From a virus, in IMG/VR virus record IMGVR_UViG_3300027365_000001, positions 1 to 60,134 of that record: a stretch of 60,134 nt of DNA, one strand, 5' to 3'. The notes beneath the pieces are model-generated. The model made no database searches and was not told the origin of the DNA. It saw only the letters and a list, made by a program, of their open reading frames with translations. The first letter of the stretch is position 1. Every line of letters starts with the position of its first letter. The position numbers were made by a program, and so were the translations under genes. Below, piece after piece: positions 36,601-42,457 of this stretch.

Positions 36601-39028
36601 GCGGGCTTTCCTTGGTGATCTCAAGCTCTTTCGCCTGCTTGGCCACCGCCTTCAATTCGCCGCGCAGTTCAGCCTCGCTCATCTGGTCAAGGCCTTTCTC
36701 GGCCTCTGCTTGGATGCGCTCGCTCAGCAGGGGCGTGCGCTGGGAGGAAGGCTGCTCAGTGGTCAACTGCGGGTTTACAACTGGCGCAGTGTCGGCCGCG
36801 CCCTGCTCAGGCATGGCAGGCTGCTCGACGGCTGCCGGCTCTTCGATCGCCGACGCTTCCTCGATGGCCTCCGGCTCCGGTTGCGCGGCGGTCTGGCTGC
36901 GCACGATGTCGACGCCATCCTCGTGCGTGAAGTCGTAGGTGTTTCCATCCTCGGCGGTGACGCGCGCCGTCCAGCGGCCGTTGCCCTGGTCGACGTAGCT
37001 CTCCAGCGTACCCGCGACCTCTCCATCCGGAGCCACGACAGTGACCGGCTCGCCGGACTGCTGGATCACGCGCTCGGCCGCACGCGACAGCGGGCCCTTC
37101 GGCGGCTGCGGAGCGGCTTGCTGCGCTGCTGGCGCGGCGTTGTCGTTGACCGCTGCCGGTGGCACCTGCTGCGGCGCTTCGGATGCTGGCGTGGCCGGCG
37201 CAGCGCTCTGCGGAGTGGTGTCGGATTGGGTCGGGCCGGGCGTAGCGGTCGGATCGGCGACCTCGCCAAGGGTCGGTTCGACACGCTCCTGCGGCTGCTC
37301 GGTTTCGGTGCGCTGGTAGGCTGCACCACCCATGGCGCCGCCCATCACGCCACCGACAGCCAGACCGCCAAGGCCTTCGTTCACGACGCCTTCGCCGATC
37401 TTGCGGTTCGGGTCTGCCTTGCTGACGGCATAGTTCTCGGCCGCCTTCTGGGCCATCGACTGCGGCAGTTCCTCGAAGATGCCTTCGGCCACCGCGCCCT
37501 TGGCGACACGGCCGGCGAGGTTCGCCGATACGCGCCCGGTGATCAGGTTCGCCAGCGCCCGGTCACCCAGACCGCCGAACAGGCCGGTGGCGGTGCCGGC
37601 GATCAGGAAGCCCTGCGTGGCCGCATCCTCGGCGAGCTGCGCCCGGGCAGCCTCGAGGCTCATGCCTTCCGACATCAGCGACTGGATGGCCTCGGATTTC
37701 ACAAGGTCTTCCGGCTTGAGCTTCATGATCTCGTCGCGCACCTGGCGCGCGGTGCCGGCGCCGCCCATCAGGCCCTCGGTCACGCCGCCGGCGATGGTGG
37801 CGGTGCGTGCCGCGGCTGTTGCGGCGGCAGCCTGCGATCCACCCTTGGCGATGGCGCGCAAATAGGAAGCCTTGGCGAGGCGCCCGGCTGCCCCCATGGT
37901 CAGCACCGTTTCCGGCAGGGACTGGATGATGCCGCCGGCATAGGCGCGCGGATCGCTCCAGGCCGGGCCGAAGGTGCCCTTCTCGGAATCCCACCAGGCT
38001 TTGTTGAGCGCCTGCGATTGCTCGGGCGTCAGATCCTTGCGGGAGGCCTCGATGCTTTCGCGCAGCAGGGTTTCGGAGTCCTTGCCCTGCAGCCAGCGGT
38101 CGGCGGCATCGCCGGCCCGCACAATGCTTTCGCCCACCACCGGAATGCGGCTGACGAGCTCGCGCAGGTTCTGCGCTGCGCTGGTTGTGCCCATCCACAG
38201 GAGGTTGCCGGCATCGCTCAGCATGCCGCCATCGTCTGGCGTTTCCTGCGCCTGAGTCTGCACAGCCGGCGTCTGGGCTGCCGGTGCGGATTGCGGCGTG
38301 GTTGCGGCGACAGCCTTCGCGGCCTCGACCGGATCGGCGCCGGTCTTGATCATTTCCTGCTGCACGTCAGGGCGCAGCGGAGAAGGCGGCTCCTGGCCGG
38401 GCATCACGACCTTGTAGCGGCCCGGCTCCTTGGCATCGAGCTCGGCCTGGATGGCGGACAGGTCGAACTCTTCGGCCTCTTCGGCGGAAGCCTGGGCGTT
38501 CTGCATGAAGCCCTGGCCGATCTTGCCGGCCTTGCCCATCACGTCCTGCACATACTGGCGGGTCTTCGGGCCCCACTGCCTGCGATCGTCGCCGCCGTGG
38601 TGCGCCATGATGGCTTCTTCGAGGGTGTAGCCCTTGTCCAGGCGCTCGCGCAGCTGCTTGGCCGCGGCATGGATCGACTGCTTGGCGTCGAACGGATTGA
38701 TGCCGAGGCTGCTCGCGGTGCTGTCAAGGTACTGCATCAGGCCCTTGGCGCGGCCCCATTTCGTGCGCGCACCGACCGCGCTCGGATTGTAGCTCGATTC
38801 CTGCTGGCCAAGCGCGGCGAGCACGTTCAGCGGAACGCCATACTCGGCGCTAGCCTCTTCGAAGATCGGCTGGAAGTTCTGCGGCGGCATCAGGCCGCTG
38901 GTGCGCATGGATTGCGCGGCGCTGCGCGGTTCGGATCGCTCCGGGAGCTCAATCTTGGGCAGTTCGTAGCTCTTGGACTCTTCGATCAGCTTGTCGATGG
39001 GGGACTGGAGGAAGCGGTTTTCAGCCAC
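24578..39028 (-). CDS. giant polyvalent virion protein (4,816 aa): lytic transglycosylase + ParB-like + SF2 helicase + N6-adenine methyltransferase + HExxH metallopeptidase + ADP-ribosyltransferase-like + C-terminal ejection/membrane region
   Basis: GTG start at 39028 after GAGGG. SLT motif GQQESSYNP...GLMQ (~38500-38870). ParB-like KELQPRDRSR...ESGNGRTLAI (~34350-34820). Helicase motifs GTGTGKT (~33030), DESH (~32775) and QIEGRIYRTGQ (~31540). MTase motifs EPSAGHGAI (~31110) and MNPPYG (~30950). HEMFH at ~28430. FKRWFGSSKVVDENGKPLVVYHGT (~27930-27990) resembles ART-PolyVal. TM-like segment FMAVTGALTLASTLLFL near the C-terminus. Confidence 0.9.
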   Translation of the reverse strand: MAENRFLQSPIDKLIEESKSYELPKIELPERSEPRSAAQSMRTSGLMPPQNFQPIFEEASAEYGVPLNVLAALGQQESSYNPSAVGARTKWGRAKGLMQYLDSTASSLGINPFDAKQSIHAAAKQLRERLDKGYTLEEAIMAHHGGDDRRQWGPKTRQYVQDVMGKAGKIGQGFMQNAQASAEEAEEFDLSAIQAELDAKEPGRYKVVMPGQEPPSPLRPDVQQEMIKTGADPVEAAKAVAATTPQSAPAAQTPAVQTQAQETPDDGGMLSDAGNLLWMGTTSAAQNLRELVSRIPVVGESIVRAGDAADRWLQGKDSETLLRESIEASRKDLTPEQSQALNKAWWDSEKGTFGPAWSDPRAYAGGIIQSLPETVLTMGAAGRLAKASYLRAIAKGGSQAAAATAAARTATIAGGVTEGLMGGAGTARQVRDEIMKLKPEDLVKSEAIQSLMSEGMSLEAARAQLAEDAATQGFLIAGTATGLFGGLGDRALANLITGRVSANLAGRVAKGAVAEGIFEELPQSMAQKAAENYAVSKADPNRKIGEGVVNEGLGGLAVGGVMGGAMGGAAYQRTETEQPQERVEPTLGEVADPTATPGPTQSDTTPQSAAPATPASEAPQQVPPAAVNDNAAPAAQQAAPQPPKGPLSRAAERVIQQSGEPVTVVAPDGEVAGTLESYVDQGNGRWTARVTAEDGNTYDFTHEDGVDIVRSQTAAQPEPEAIEEASAIEEPAAVEQPAMPEQGAADTAPVVNPQLTTEQPSSQRTPLLSERIQAEAEKGLDQMSEAELRGELKAVAKQAKELEITKESPREVRNEHARLTKRRKAIEQAINALTRPKQEEPVSAAKEIVERPKVEPTNSLQGEPASWVIRNKETGEVIMETFDKKKVDALNTEKYEAVPIQQHLGELNQKIKAGDEATVKESLTAGQPASAPQVGQAVVLGKGRQQGTITDVGDGFVKVKMGTRTEKMDMSTFNRRMAAAGDQAQPAPRRGEVGGMLAAGEVVTTSSGRQTTPFPKIDVDGNRKAVNTIKRVDQWLMQNAIDEARARGDEFNARQFEANLGRPSQADKDSAEEYLFGEQPPVIRSTLKPLVRDEAESAERPAESDNKPVTTKKVGDGITAGSKRQPIVETADAYADRVRSIAREFSGTYSGRSMAPLAADIAEHAIANNRRLTDAEIAGLAEKHEIPADVVEQLVGQPFSFDGIKGAAERGEPGAIALRKAAKPVTTKKVGDGITATVIDPSVMRQPAAEQKPAAEQAVTKPAEYGASNKLVTADRAAELRAKLKAKLNGSQLNSGIDPEILAMGTELAVFHIEAGVRRFAEFARTMAADLDMPLEKVRPYLRSWYNGARDMIEDSGLSIEGMDGPDEVRAALRQLDAGDTAPAAPAAKRETVSTPAGREFEVKHKVIEADELVTSNDATGAINPDYPKELQPRDRSRSASLDQINDIASKLNPRLLGESASATDGAPIVSPDNVVESGNGRTLAIRQAYARGMADRYREWLASQGYDVAGMKAPVLVRERVTPMSMEERIAYTTEANDRTTLELSSTERALSDARKMGPILHLYRGGDLQAAANRDFVRAFVGDVAAKADRGRILDGDGMLSQDGRRRIEAALLGSAYGDETLITDLFESADTDIKAIGGALLDVAGSWAKMREDAREGVISESVDTTPNLLEAVNLIRRARAEGRPILELVRQNDFFSGELDPVTLGFMSIFYRGESFTRARGRDKVADALRYYTEQAQLSQPGTNMFGEPEVTGAEILRGTNDRLQRQEQQAGQQQDIFASPRTDGENAGAPGGNGQGPQPEAAGQAPAQGGLNAPGSRERVERDRPDAGAAQPVVQAADGDAAGQDAEGAGQAGRGADGEQGAGQRDQRLPGDGATAGRERGDQPAYRADGQFQPESSTAGDPERTGSGGDSIQGQIVEQEREEAVADDAQAPGAGDLDQRLAAQRKAQNAPTKWGDKASIDAALPLLLPEQRDDVLKAEQRLAGHNGILYTNGTGTGKTATGLGVAKRFINDGKDNIVIVVPSDKIASDWVKFARMLGVELKQLADTNDNGKTGPIVTTYANFGQNESLAQRDWDLVIADESHYLSSNEGGDKTAALEQLRALTGHHAGFYRWVRQRHAKEWQAFSAAMQDRADANGNPDVPMERYIALEAAEAKAREKWNAIEQPAREKWNQRWAKQESLPKTVMLSATPFAYAKNVDYAEGYLFHYVEPADLLKSQGNVGGYNSGSPRDRFLMQHFGYRMRYNKLTAPESGVNSQLMEQQFNQWLKSTGALSGRRLEVAHDYDRKFVLVDDAVGTKIDEGLKYLREAEEGRYREVYEAVSKQFDYQRRMYLLESMKARAAVPIIREHLALGRKIVVFHDFNKGGGFNPFQDAIREIADPDVKSLARSVLGKPMFKLDFSGLFSPIETLGEAFPDALFFNGTVSKGQRRANADLFNDDDSGRNLIVVQSDAGREGVSLHDTTGKHQRVEINLGMPVKPVAATQIEGRIYRTGQASDAIFRYLTTGTAWEAAAFASKIAERASTAENLALGEEARGLKEAFIDAYQNADAFPASAEDGKGGKDYDRKLSAAFTTSPFDRAKTFYWAQQKNSKRRDQREGQDYFATPEPVGFKMVEWANIQPNDKALEPSAGHGAIARFFPEQSDVTMVEPSYELSQRAALANGNARIVNDRFEQLHINNKFDAIVMNPPYGSGGKTSTEHLAKAAKHLRDGGRIVALIPRGGLADKRLDAFLESEEAADLYTVAKIAMPAVTFERAGTAVNTQVLVLEKHANAADAEGILQRNIDLSNAESVNELFDRLESLSLPDRQPTSTPEPKQEIIEHTTAKGKVLRGIIRTDLTQDAAKEIDPYTFRKKNAAGETGWFIRAKHLDQGPRYSVAAEADRNLIAIHNLSAENLAFADKIGGIAVPSIGVVTTEAGGVDGFGEITLIGTKDLGDPRQEPVFSADAYTVRFPKPEFRKAKIKDADAILKPLKPISEEFDDRRVMDSFDAMVNRGDGSRAIDDWMSSPAAMAMFLREKGHDVKPAMRDTTLDSPFTPADILGMEELINKANRYAELDQNEAPEVAEVERLLDEAIDKKYAKRPALAGKVKERLMGRPGWAAFTLKGDLQKAKRGPDVDPWETRTQVSRLLEENNLELEFKQWVEGKILPVMGEPLLTVGRKKVPYTLDNIVDVMTRGPVRGQEKTMAFGAGNARAASSIEFSDVEQMRKAAAESIVDPQQYEEAKKVTEKLLDQYRDAAIKFTQHTTWDGRPDTFEALDASMRAIAKFSTKKKRDRAAMEAALKSEKFDVAAMKAAAGGAATVDKSLIQSIEAEIQKWAGRLQKLEPGDSRIPEVERRLKQNQDALQEELAKAADHAPRDPIGLAMLAAEALLNAPVPYFEAKPQRAVSLNEFAGAVVPKNLPAEARAILKKNGIEIVEYEGDRLKAVREAANKLHEQRGDIRYSVQDGEAPLSVNQVRAAITRGPFGVIVDKMVEKGLIVIHSNSSTLPKDMGRGKRGVQAVTEPGGKVHLVASNLTQQNANAVLLHEMFHSVVESLVGSKRWADLQGRLGSLYRQAERSSGKAREIFDLARARVADAKAQGAVTRRMEVEEFGAYAIEEYESMPSSFRKWVDDLVGAIKAWMFSRYGRQIGQVTPAQLRALAKDALITIALHRRGELFGPIAERFSTTRITETPAFKRWFGSSKVVDENGKPLVVYHGTASDFSEFSKKVRAKHIELPGFYFTPLTEYADRYAESAGREFRDEEGFIAGSEGANVMPVYLSLQNPAVIDVGGANAGLVAAFEIEEMIKSAQFDGHDGVILKGWADGSGPIQYVAFRPEQIKSAIGNVGTFDPENADIRYSVRPSEAFNDLNQSQKDFLDKIGPTSLPQRLRDRFDQLTDNLGLRIRQAGVDRYAALLRNDQALLGADTLEGSIASSSWVLARMSHAAGGAVSAMMDAGRIYLDPKEKVIDVREGTQGLAATLRSLGSPAEIDRFMGWIAANRANKLFKQGRENLFSHSEIQAGMKLSGGKLENGKSRSILYAKAWKELQQHRDDVLGIAEQAGLLKPAMSKPDAGLVIARKYEAPAAIIKQLTEAKNALDAARTPDMLNTAQQKVDMANDALLDWLNGAVQSMKIDMLNTPQDRLDAITQELDDLQRSQRELWSEEFYVPFYRVIDEDSIGGPRAGSGLSRQQAYKKLKGGKQHLNDLLDNTLLNFHHLIQASLKNQAAAQAMANAEALGIAEQTTEAKRDKKASTYVMIDGEKQWYDVSDPLTFKAVSALSSAGLNTPVMKVGRAFKRFFTNMTTITPQFVVANGLRDTLSAMATSPTSAVPFKTAFKGALTYWNDHNRARMMASGGAFSFGHVYGQNADEIKASLTVSMRKAKVLRDPKLIPGALLTAWRKYHAVTDFAENINRAGIWERNLEKGKLKAAFEARDLMDFSAHGDAIAIRILIDLVPFLNARIQGLDKLYRAGFKPGSKVAMGKGTKADRQAFARFMAVTGALTLASTLLFLNNYDDDEYRKLEDWQRDTYWIIRIGDEMFFIPKPFEVGAIATMGERLAEQFADPAVGGEKFAQRLGHMLTDTFAFDPTPQLVKPAVEVFWKNKDSFTGRPIEDQSMERLSPSLRSRPDTSRLADAASRGMEAAAGAVGGQDLALSPVQIDHLIRGYTGSVGATAVATADTLWRRAMGEELPARRWHEYQPIKRFYRDLTQEPTYTRYGTDFYEALKKADRAYADLMHLEKYGDEKRAAALAEEKAGELGMRKALNAVRRDLAKINADMKRIQLDKEMSGEAKRLELDRLRSLRNLITEQVGKDLEQEKIRKRAAAD
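33190..33579 (-). CDS. embedded ORF-b (129 aa) in an alternative frame of the giant gene; unknown function
   Basis: AAGGAGG-N5-ATG at 33579. By hand count about 117 of 129 codons end in G/C, against roughly 40% for the giant frame over the same bases. The sequence looks helical and non-repetitive: MHQVPASVWNEIARTQELRNPSFRQLMAMPQDKMLKELGRQAEAL... Confidence 0.6.
   Translation of the reverse strand: MHQVPASVWNEIARTQELRNPSFRQLMAMPQDKMLKELGRQAEALTANKVPDSVINAYQAMAPLLAENEAISQHIEQTGNSSLRAALPEILNAPEAVAIASKDRSLSRSEKKLLLTMLKRLEPATSINV
33580..33735 (-). CDS. embedded ORF-a (51 aa, basic) in the same alternative frame, immediately upstream of ORF-b
   Basis: GAGAGG-N5-ATG at 33735, with an in-frame TGA four codons upstream (33745-33747). 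The stop TGA at 33580-33582 abuts the ORF-b ATG. Translation MTDSNGKSSKPASNKTSSQARELMARTLEHLAETDKDHSLKRRAKRLRKEA. Confidence 0.45.
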   Translation of the reverse strand: MTDSNGKSSKPASNKTSSQARELMARTLEHLAETDKDHSLKRRAKRLRKEA

Positions 39029-39062
39029 GATATGCCCTCGGCGGTTCGGTTACGGTGCGGAT

Positions 39063-39097
39063 GGTCCGATGATAGAACAATCCGACCGCCGAGGGCA
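39063..39097 (-). promoter_or_regulatory. candidate internal promoter for the giant gene (TGCCCT-N17-TATCAT, then CGGACC)
   Basis: The minus strand reads TGCCCT (39097->39092), 17 nt, TATCAT (39074->39069), then CGGACC. It shares the motif with the sites at 24033, 51905 and 59210. Confidence 0.4.
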
Positions 39098-39104
39098 GCA
39101 GGGT

Positions 39105-40349
39105 TTACCGGGAGTAAGGCACCGTCTTGCCGGTGGTGGTGTCGTAGATCATCGGGACGCGCCCGGTCGGCCTGGCGCCTTGGCCGGATATCCCGCCGGA
39201 CAAGGGATTGCTGCGCTGCTGCGGCTGGCTGCCGTAGATCATCTGCATGTCCTGCTCGATGATCGCCCGCTGCTCGGCCTGGCTCTTGCGAGCGTAGCTG
39301 TAGTCGTTCTTGATACGGCCCTCGTGCAGGCGCAGGCGCGCGTCATCCGGCGAAATCGCCTTCTTGTATTCGCCGATGCCGAGGATCGCCGGAAGGTTCT
39401 GCGCGATCCACTCGTCCGAGTAGTTGTTCCGCTTCAGTATCTCGACCTTGCGGTCCACCGCGTCGTTCTTGTTCGCCGCGTCCATCTGCTTGCCGGTTAC
39501 CGTGCGCTCAAGTGCGGCATCGTCACGCTGGCTCTGCAGGGCGGACTGGTTGGCGGCCTTGCGGTCATCACGGTAAACGTCGCGCTGGAACTTACGATCT
39601 TCCTTCGCCATTTCGAGCTGCGCCTTCTTCGCCGCCTGGATCTCGGACCAGCCGGTGTTGAACACGTTCTCGGGCGACAGCATGAAGGCACCCATGCGAT
39701 AGGCGTCCTCCATCCCGTTGATGACCTGCGAGTATTCCTTGCCGTCAGGGCCTTTGAACGTCAGCTGCGCGCCGGTGATGTTGCCCTTGTCGTCCTTCAG
39801 GGTCTTCCAGTCCTTCACCTGCGTGCCGTCGTCGAAGTAGCCGCGGGAGTTGTAGGCCTTCACGAGATCCTTGCCGAAGCCGTCGAAGTCGCCCATGTTC
39901 GCCTTCATCACGGCGCTGGCCCAAAGCTTTTGCCCCTGCTTGACCTCCTTGGCGTCGTTCCAGGCCTTCCAGGCTTCCGCCTTCTCTGGGTCGATCGCCA
40001 GGTATTCCTCGTAAATCTTGGGCGCCGCGACCTTGATGTAGAACTCGTCGAGGCTGCCGACCTGACCCTCGGCCGCCTTCCTCGCGGATGCCTCGTCCGA
40101 ATAGCTCTGATCGCCGACGTTGAAGGTCGGCATGGTCATGGTGTTGTCGGCGTTCGATGTCGATCCGACCTGCACCAGCCCGTCGATCGCCGACTGACGC
40201 GCCGTCTTGGCGTCGGCCATGCCTGCCTCGCGGGCCTTGCGCAATTTCCCTTGCTGCATAAGGCCGTGGAGCTTTGCGCCTGTGTCGATCCCGCTGCTCA
40301 GGCCCTGCGCTAACGCCCCGATGCCGATTCCGAAGTTTGCGAAGCTCAT
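39105..40349 (-). CDS. internal virion / ejection-associated protein (414 aa)
   Basis: Gly-rich hydrophobic N-terminus MSFANFGIGIGALAQGLSSGIDTG. It lies between other Gly-rich virion proteins and the giant gene. Function is assigned by position. Confidence 0.75.
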   Translation of the reverse strand: MSFANFGIGIGALAQGLSSGIDTGAKLHGLMQQGKLRKAREAGMADAKTARQSAIDGLVQVGSTSNADNTMTMPTFNVGDQSYSDEASARKAAEGQVGSLDEFYIKVAAPKIYEEYLAIDPEKAEAWKAWNDAKEVKQGQKLWASAVMKANMGDFDGFGKDLVKAYNSRGYFDDGTQVKDWKTLKDDKGNITGAQLTFKGPDGKEYSQVINGMEDAYRMGAFMLSPENVFNTGWSEIQAAKKAQLEMAKEDRKFQRDVYRDDRKAANQSALQSQRDDAALERTVTGKQMDAANKNDAVDRKVEILKRNNYSDEWIAQNLPAILGIGEYKKAISPDDARLRLHEGRIKNDYSYARKSQAEQRAIIEQDMQMIYGSQPQQRSNPLSGGISGQGARPTGRVPMIYDTTTGKTVPYSR

Positions 40350-40738
40350 TTCAGTAGGCCTCCAACCAGACCCTTGCTCAGCAGCTTATCGCCGCCCAGC
40401 TTGCCGATGATCGTGTTCCCGATGCCGCCGCCGAGCAGCTTGCCGGCAATCGAGTTCTTCATTCCGCTTTCGATGATGCCGCCGGCCGGCGTGGAGCCGA
40501 GCGCTGTGCCGCCGGCCGGGCCGCCGACGATACCCTTCAGCGTGCTCCACGAGTCCGACACGATGTCGCCGCCTTCAGGTTCTGGCGTGTCCTGCAAGCC
40601 CATCTTCTCGCCGCTGACATCGCTCGAGACTGGAGCGGCCTTGTCCTTCTTCTTCTGGGCGAGGTTCATCAGCGACATGGTGTTGCTCATGCCGCCGGCG
40701 AGGCCTTCCGCCAGCCCTCCAAACGCTGATCCGTTCAT
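40346..40738 (-). CDS. Gly-rich internal virion protein (130 aa)
   Basis: ATGA-coupled on both sides. MNGSAFGGLAEGLAGGMSN...GKLLGGGIGNTIIGKLGGDKLL. Confidence 0.7.
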   Translation of the reverse strand: MNGSAFGGLAEGLAGGMSNTMSLMNLAQKKKDKAAPVSSDVSGEKMGLQDTPEPEGGDIVSDSWSTLKGIVGGPAGGTALGSTPAGGIIESGMKNSIAGKLLGGGIGNTIIGKLGGDKLLSKGLVGGLLK

Positions 40739-41982
40739 GCAATACCTCCTGCCATCGCGTTCTTCTTGCCGGCGATCTTGTCGACCTTCTGGTTGAGTTC
40801 CTGCACGGCCTTCATGGTCACGCCGATGGCGTCGACAACCGGGATCGTGGCGCCGTCGCCCTTACCGGTGGCGGCCTGGAAGTCCTCGGCATAGGGTCCG
40901 ATGTGCTCGCCGCCGTCGCCCATGCCGTCCTTGTATTTCCACTGCTCGACAGGCATCTGCTCGACCGCTTCGAGCGCTGAACCTTCGACAGGGCGCTTGT
41001 TCTCCTTCGCGTCCTTGGACGACATCATGTAAAGCGCTGCGCCGGAGCCAGCGAGCTGGCCGATTCCGCTCATCAGACCTGCGGAGCTGGCAGAGTTCGC
41101 CTGCTGCTGGGCGCTCCAGGCGTTTAGCTGGTTCCCGTAGAGGTTGTTCAGCGTGCTGGCCTGGCCGGCATAGCCCTGCATGGCGCCGGAGAAGCCCTGG
41201 CCCATGATCTGGTTGTTGCCCTGCCACTGCGCATTGGCCGCGTTCATGTTGCCGGTGGCCGAGTTGCCGGAGTTGAGCCCAAGGCCGACCTGCTGCGCAG
41301 AAGTGGACGTGGCGCCTTGGCCCATGTTGGCGATGCCCTCCTGCATGGCGAGTCCTTGCGCGCGGACCTGGTTGCGCGCCTGGTTCTGCGCGCCGGCCGC
41401 ACCGAGTGCAGTGGTGGTGGAGTTCGCTCGCTCGATACCGGCAAATCGCCCGCTGGTTGGGCTGACACCCATGCTAGCCATCTGGCGCTGGTTCTGCTGC
41501 TGCGCGGCTGCGGCATTGCCCATAACCGTGGCCTTGGCCTCGGCGGCAACCTCCTGCTGGCGCTGCTCGCTATCCCAGTCGCGCGCTTCCTTGATGTAGC
41601 GATCCTGCTCAGGCTTGAAAACCGTCTGGTAGCGGTTCCACATTTCTTCGGAGCGGGCGTTGGAATCCTTCATCGACTCCAATTGCGCACCAGTCACCTG
41701 GTTGGTCAGCTCGTCGATGCCCTTCTGCCGCTCGTTGCCTACCGCAAACTGCTCCTTGGCAAAATCAAGCCACTGCTGCCCGGTCTGTGCCTGCATGAGT
41801 GCGGCCTGACCGATCTGCGGGTCAGGGGATGGAGCACTGCTGCCGCCACCGCCTTTGCCGCCGCCGAAGCAGATATGCGCACCGAGCAACTGGCGGCGCA
41901 GCTTGCGATCCAGCTTCTCGTGCAAGAAATCGCCGCCGAGCAGATCATCGCCCGGCAGGCTCCAAAACTCGTAGTCGCTCAT
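40735..41982 (-). CDS. virion protein with a Q/N/G/A-rich centre and a C-terminal intramolecular-chaperone (peptidase S74-like) domain
   Basis: ATG 41982 after AGGAG, overlapping the upstream TGA. C-terminus SSKDAKENKRPVEGSALEAVEQMPVEQWKYKDG...GPYAEDFQAATG...VDAIGVTMKAVQELNQKV. Confidence 0.75.
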   Translation of the reverse strand: MSDYEFWSLPGDDLLGGDFLHEKLDRKLRRQLLGAHICFGGGKGGGGSSAPSPDPQIGQAALMQAQTGQQWLDFAKEQFAVGNERQKGIDELTNQVTGAQLESMKDSNARSEEMWNRYQTVFKPEQDRYIKEARDWDSEQRQQEVAAEAKATVMGNAAAAQQQNQRQMASMGVSPTSGRFAGIERANSTTTALGAAGAQNQARNQVRAQGLAMQEGIANMGQGATSTSAQQVGLGLNSGNSATGNMNAANAQWQGNNQIMGQGFSGAMQGYAGQASTLNNLYGNQLNAWSAQQQANSASSAGLMSGIGQLAGSGAALYMMSSKDAKENKRPVEGSALEAVEQMPVEQWKYKDGMGDGGEHIGPYAEDFQAATGKGDGATIPVVDAIGVTMKAVQELNQKVDKIAGKKNAMAGGIA

Positions 41983-42401
41983 TGGCGGTACTCCTGGGGA
42001 ATGAATCGGCAGTTCTTTCGCAGCATGCCGAGCGAGATCAGGTCGTCGTCTGGCATGCCGTGCGGGTGATACCCCTCGCGCACGAAGCCCAGCTTCTCGT
42101 CGAAGCGGAGCGCGTGCAGGTTCTTGGCCGGCACCATGGCCGTGACTCGGCGAAGGCGCAGCTGGATGAATGGATAGGAAAAGGCGTGGCACAGAAACTC
42201 TCGAGTCAGCCAGCGCCCGCTGCCGTCACTGGCAACGTGCATGCTGCAGTCGGCTGGCCCGATATTGTCGTAGACCACCACGCCGCGCAGGCCGCCTTTG
42301 CCCTCGATGCCGATCGCGCGCGCGCCAGGCTGGAACCGCTGAAGCCCAATGCGCTCAGCAGCCCACGGTAGAAGTCGCTCGCTCTCGCCAAAAATCAGCA
42401 T
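41979..42401 (-). CDS. GNAT-family N-acetyltransferase
   Basis: 140 aa. ...RVTAMVPAKNLHALRFDEKLGFVREGYHP... is the acetyl-CoA-binding core pattern of GNAT enzymes. Confidence 0.8.
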   Translation of the reverse strand: MLIFGESERLLPWAAERIGLQRFQPGARAIGIEGKGGLRGVVVYDNIGPADCSMHVASDGSGRWLTREFLCHAFSYPFIQLRLRRVTAMVPAKNLHALRFDEKLGFVREGYHPHGMPDDDLISLGMLRKNCRFIPQEYRQ

Positions 42402-42414
42402 GATGACTGTGCCT

Positions 42415-42451
42415 GGTTCGGTTTTCTGATCATTCTATGCACAATCGAACC
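42415..42451. promoter_or_regulatory. third copy (O3) of the early-region operator architecture, upstream of the GNAT / internal-virion-protein genes
   Basis: GGTTCGGTT (42415-42423), 19 nt, AATCGAACC (42443-42451). Half-site and spacing match O1/O2 at 13282-13389. The spacer contains TAGAAT/GATCAG on the minus strand. Confidence 0.5.
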
Positions 42452-42457
42452 ACTCCA

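Noticed and set aside
36080-39262. Very long plus-strand ORFs antisense to real genes: 36080-39262 (1,060 aa), 30548-33193 (881 aa), 53492-55735 (747 aa), 11319-13043 (574 aa) and 33413-35005 (530 aa)
   Set aside because: Their translations are L/R/G/A/H-rich low complexity. They mirror strongly supported minus-strand genes, lack RBSs and are the expected stop-poor antisense frames of high-GC3 coding DNA.
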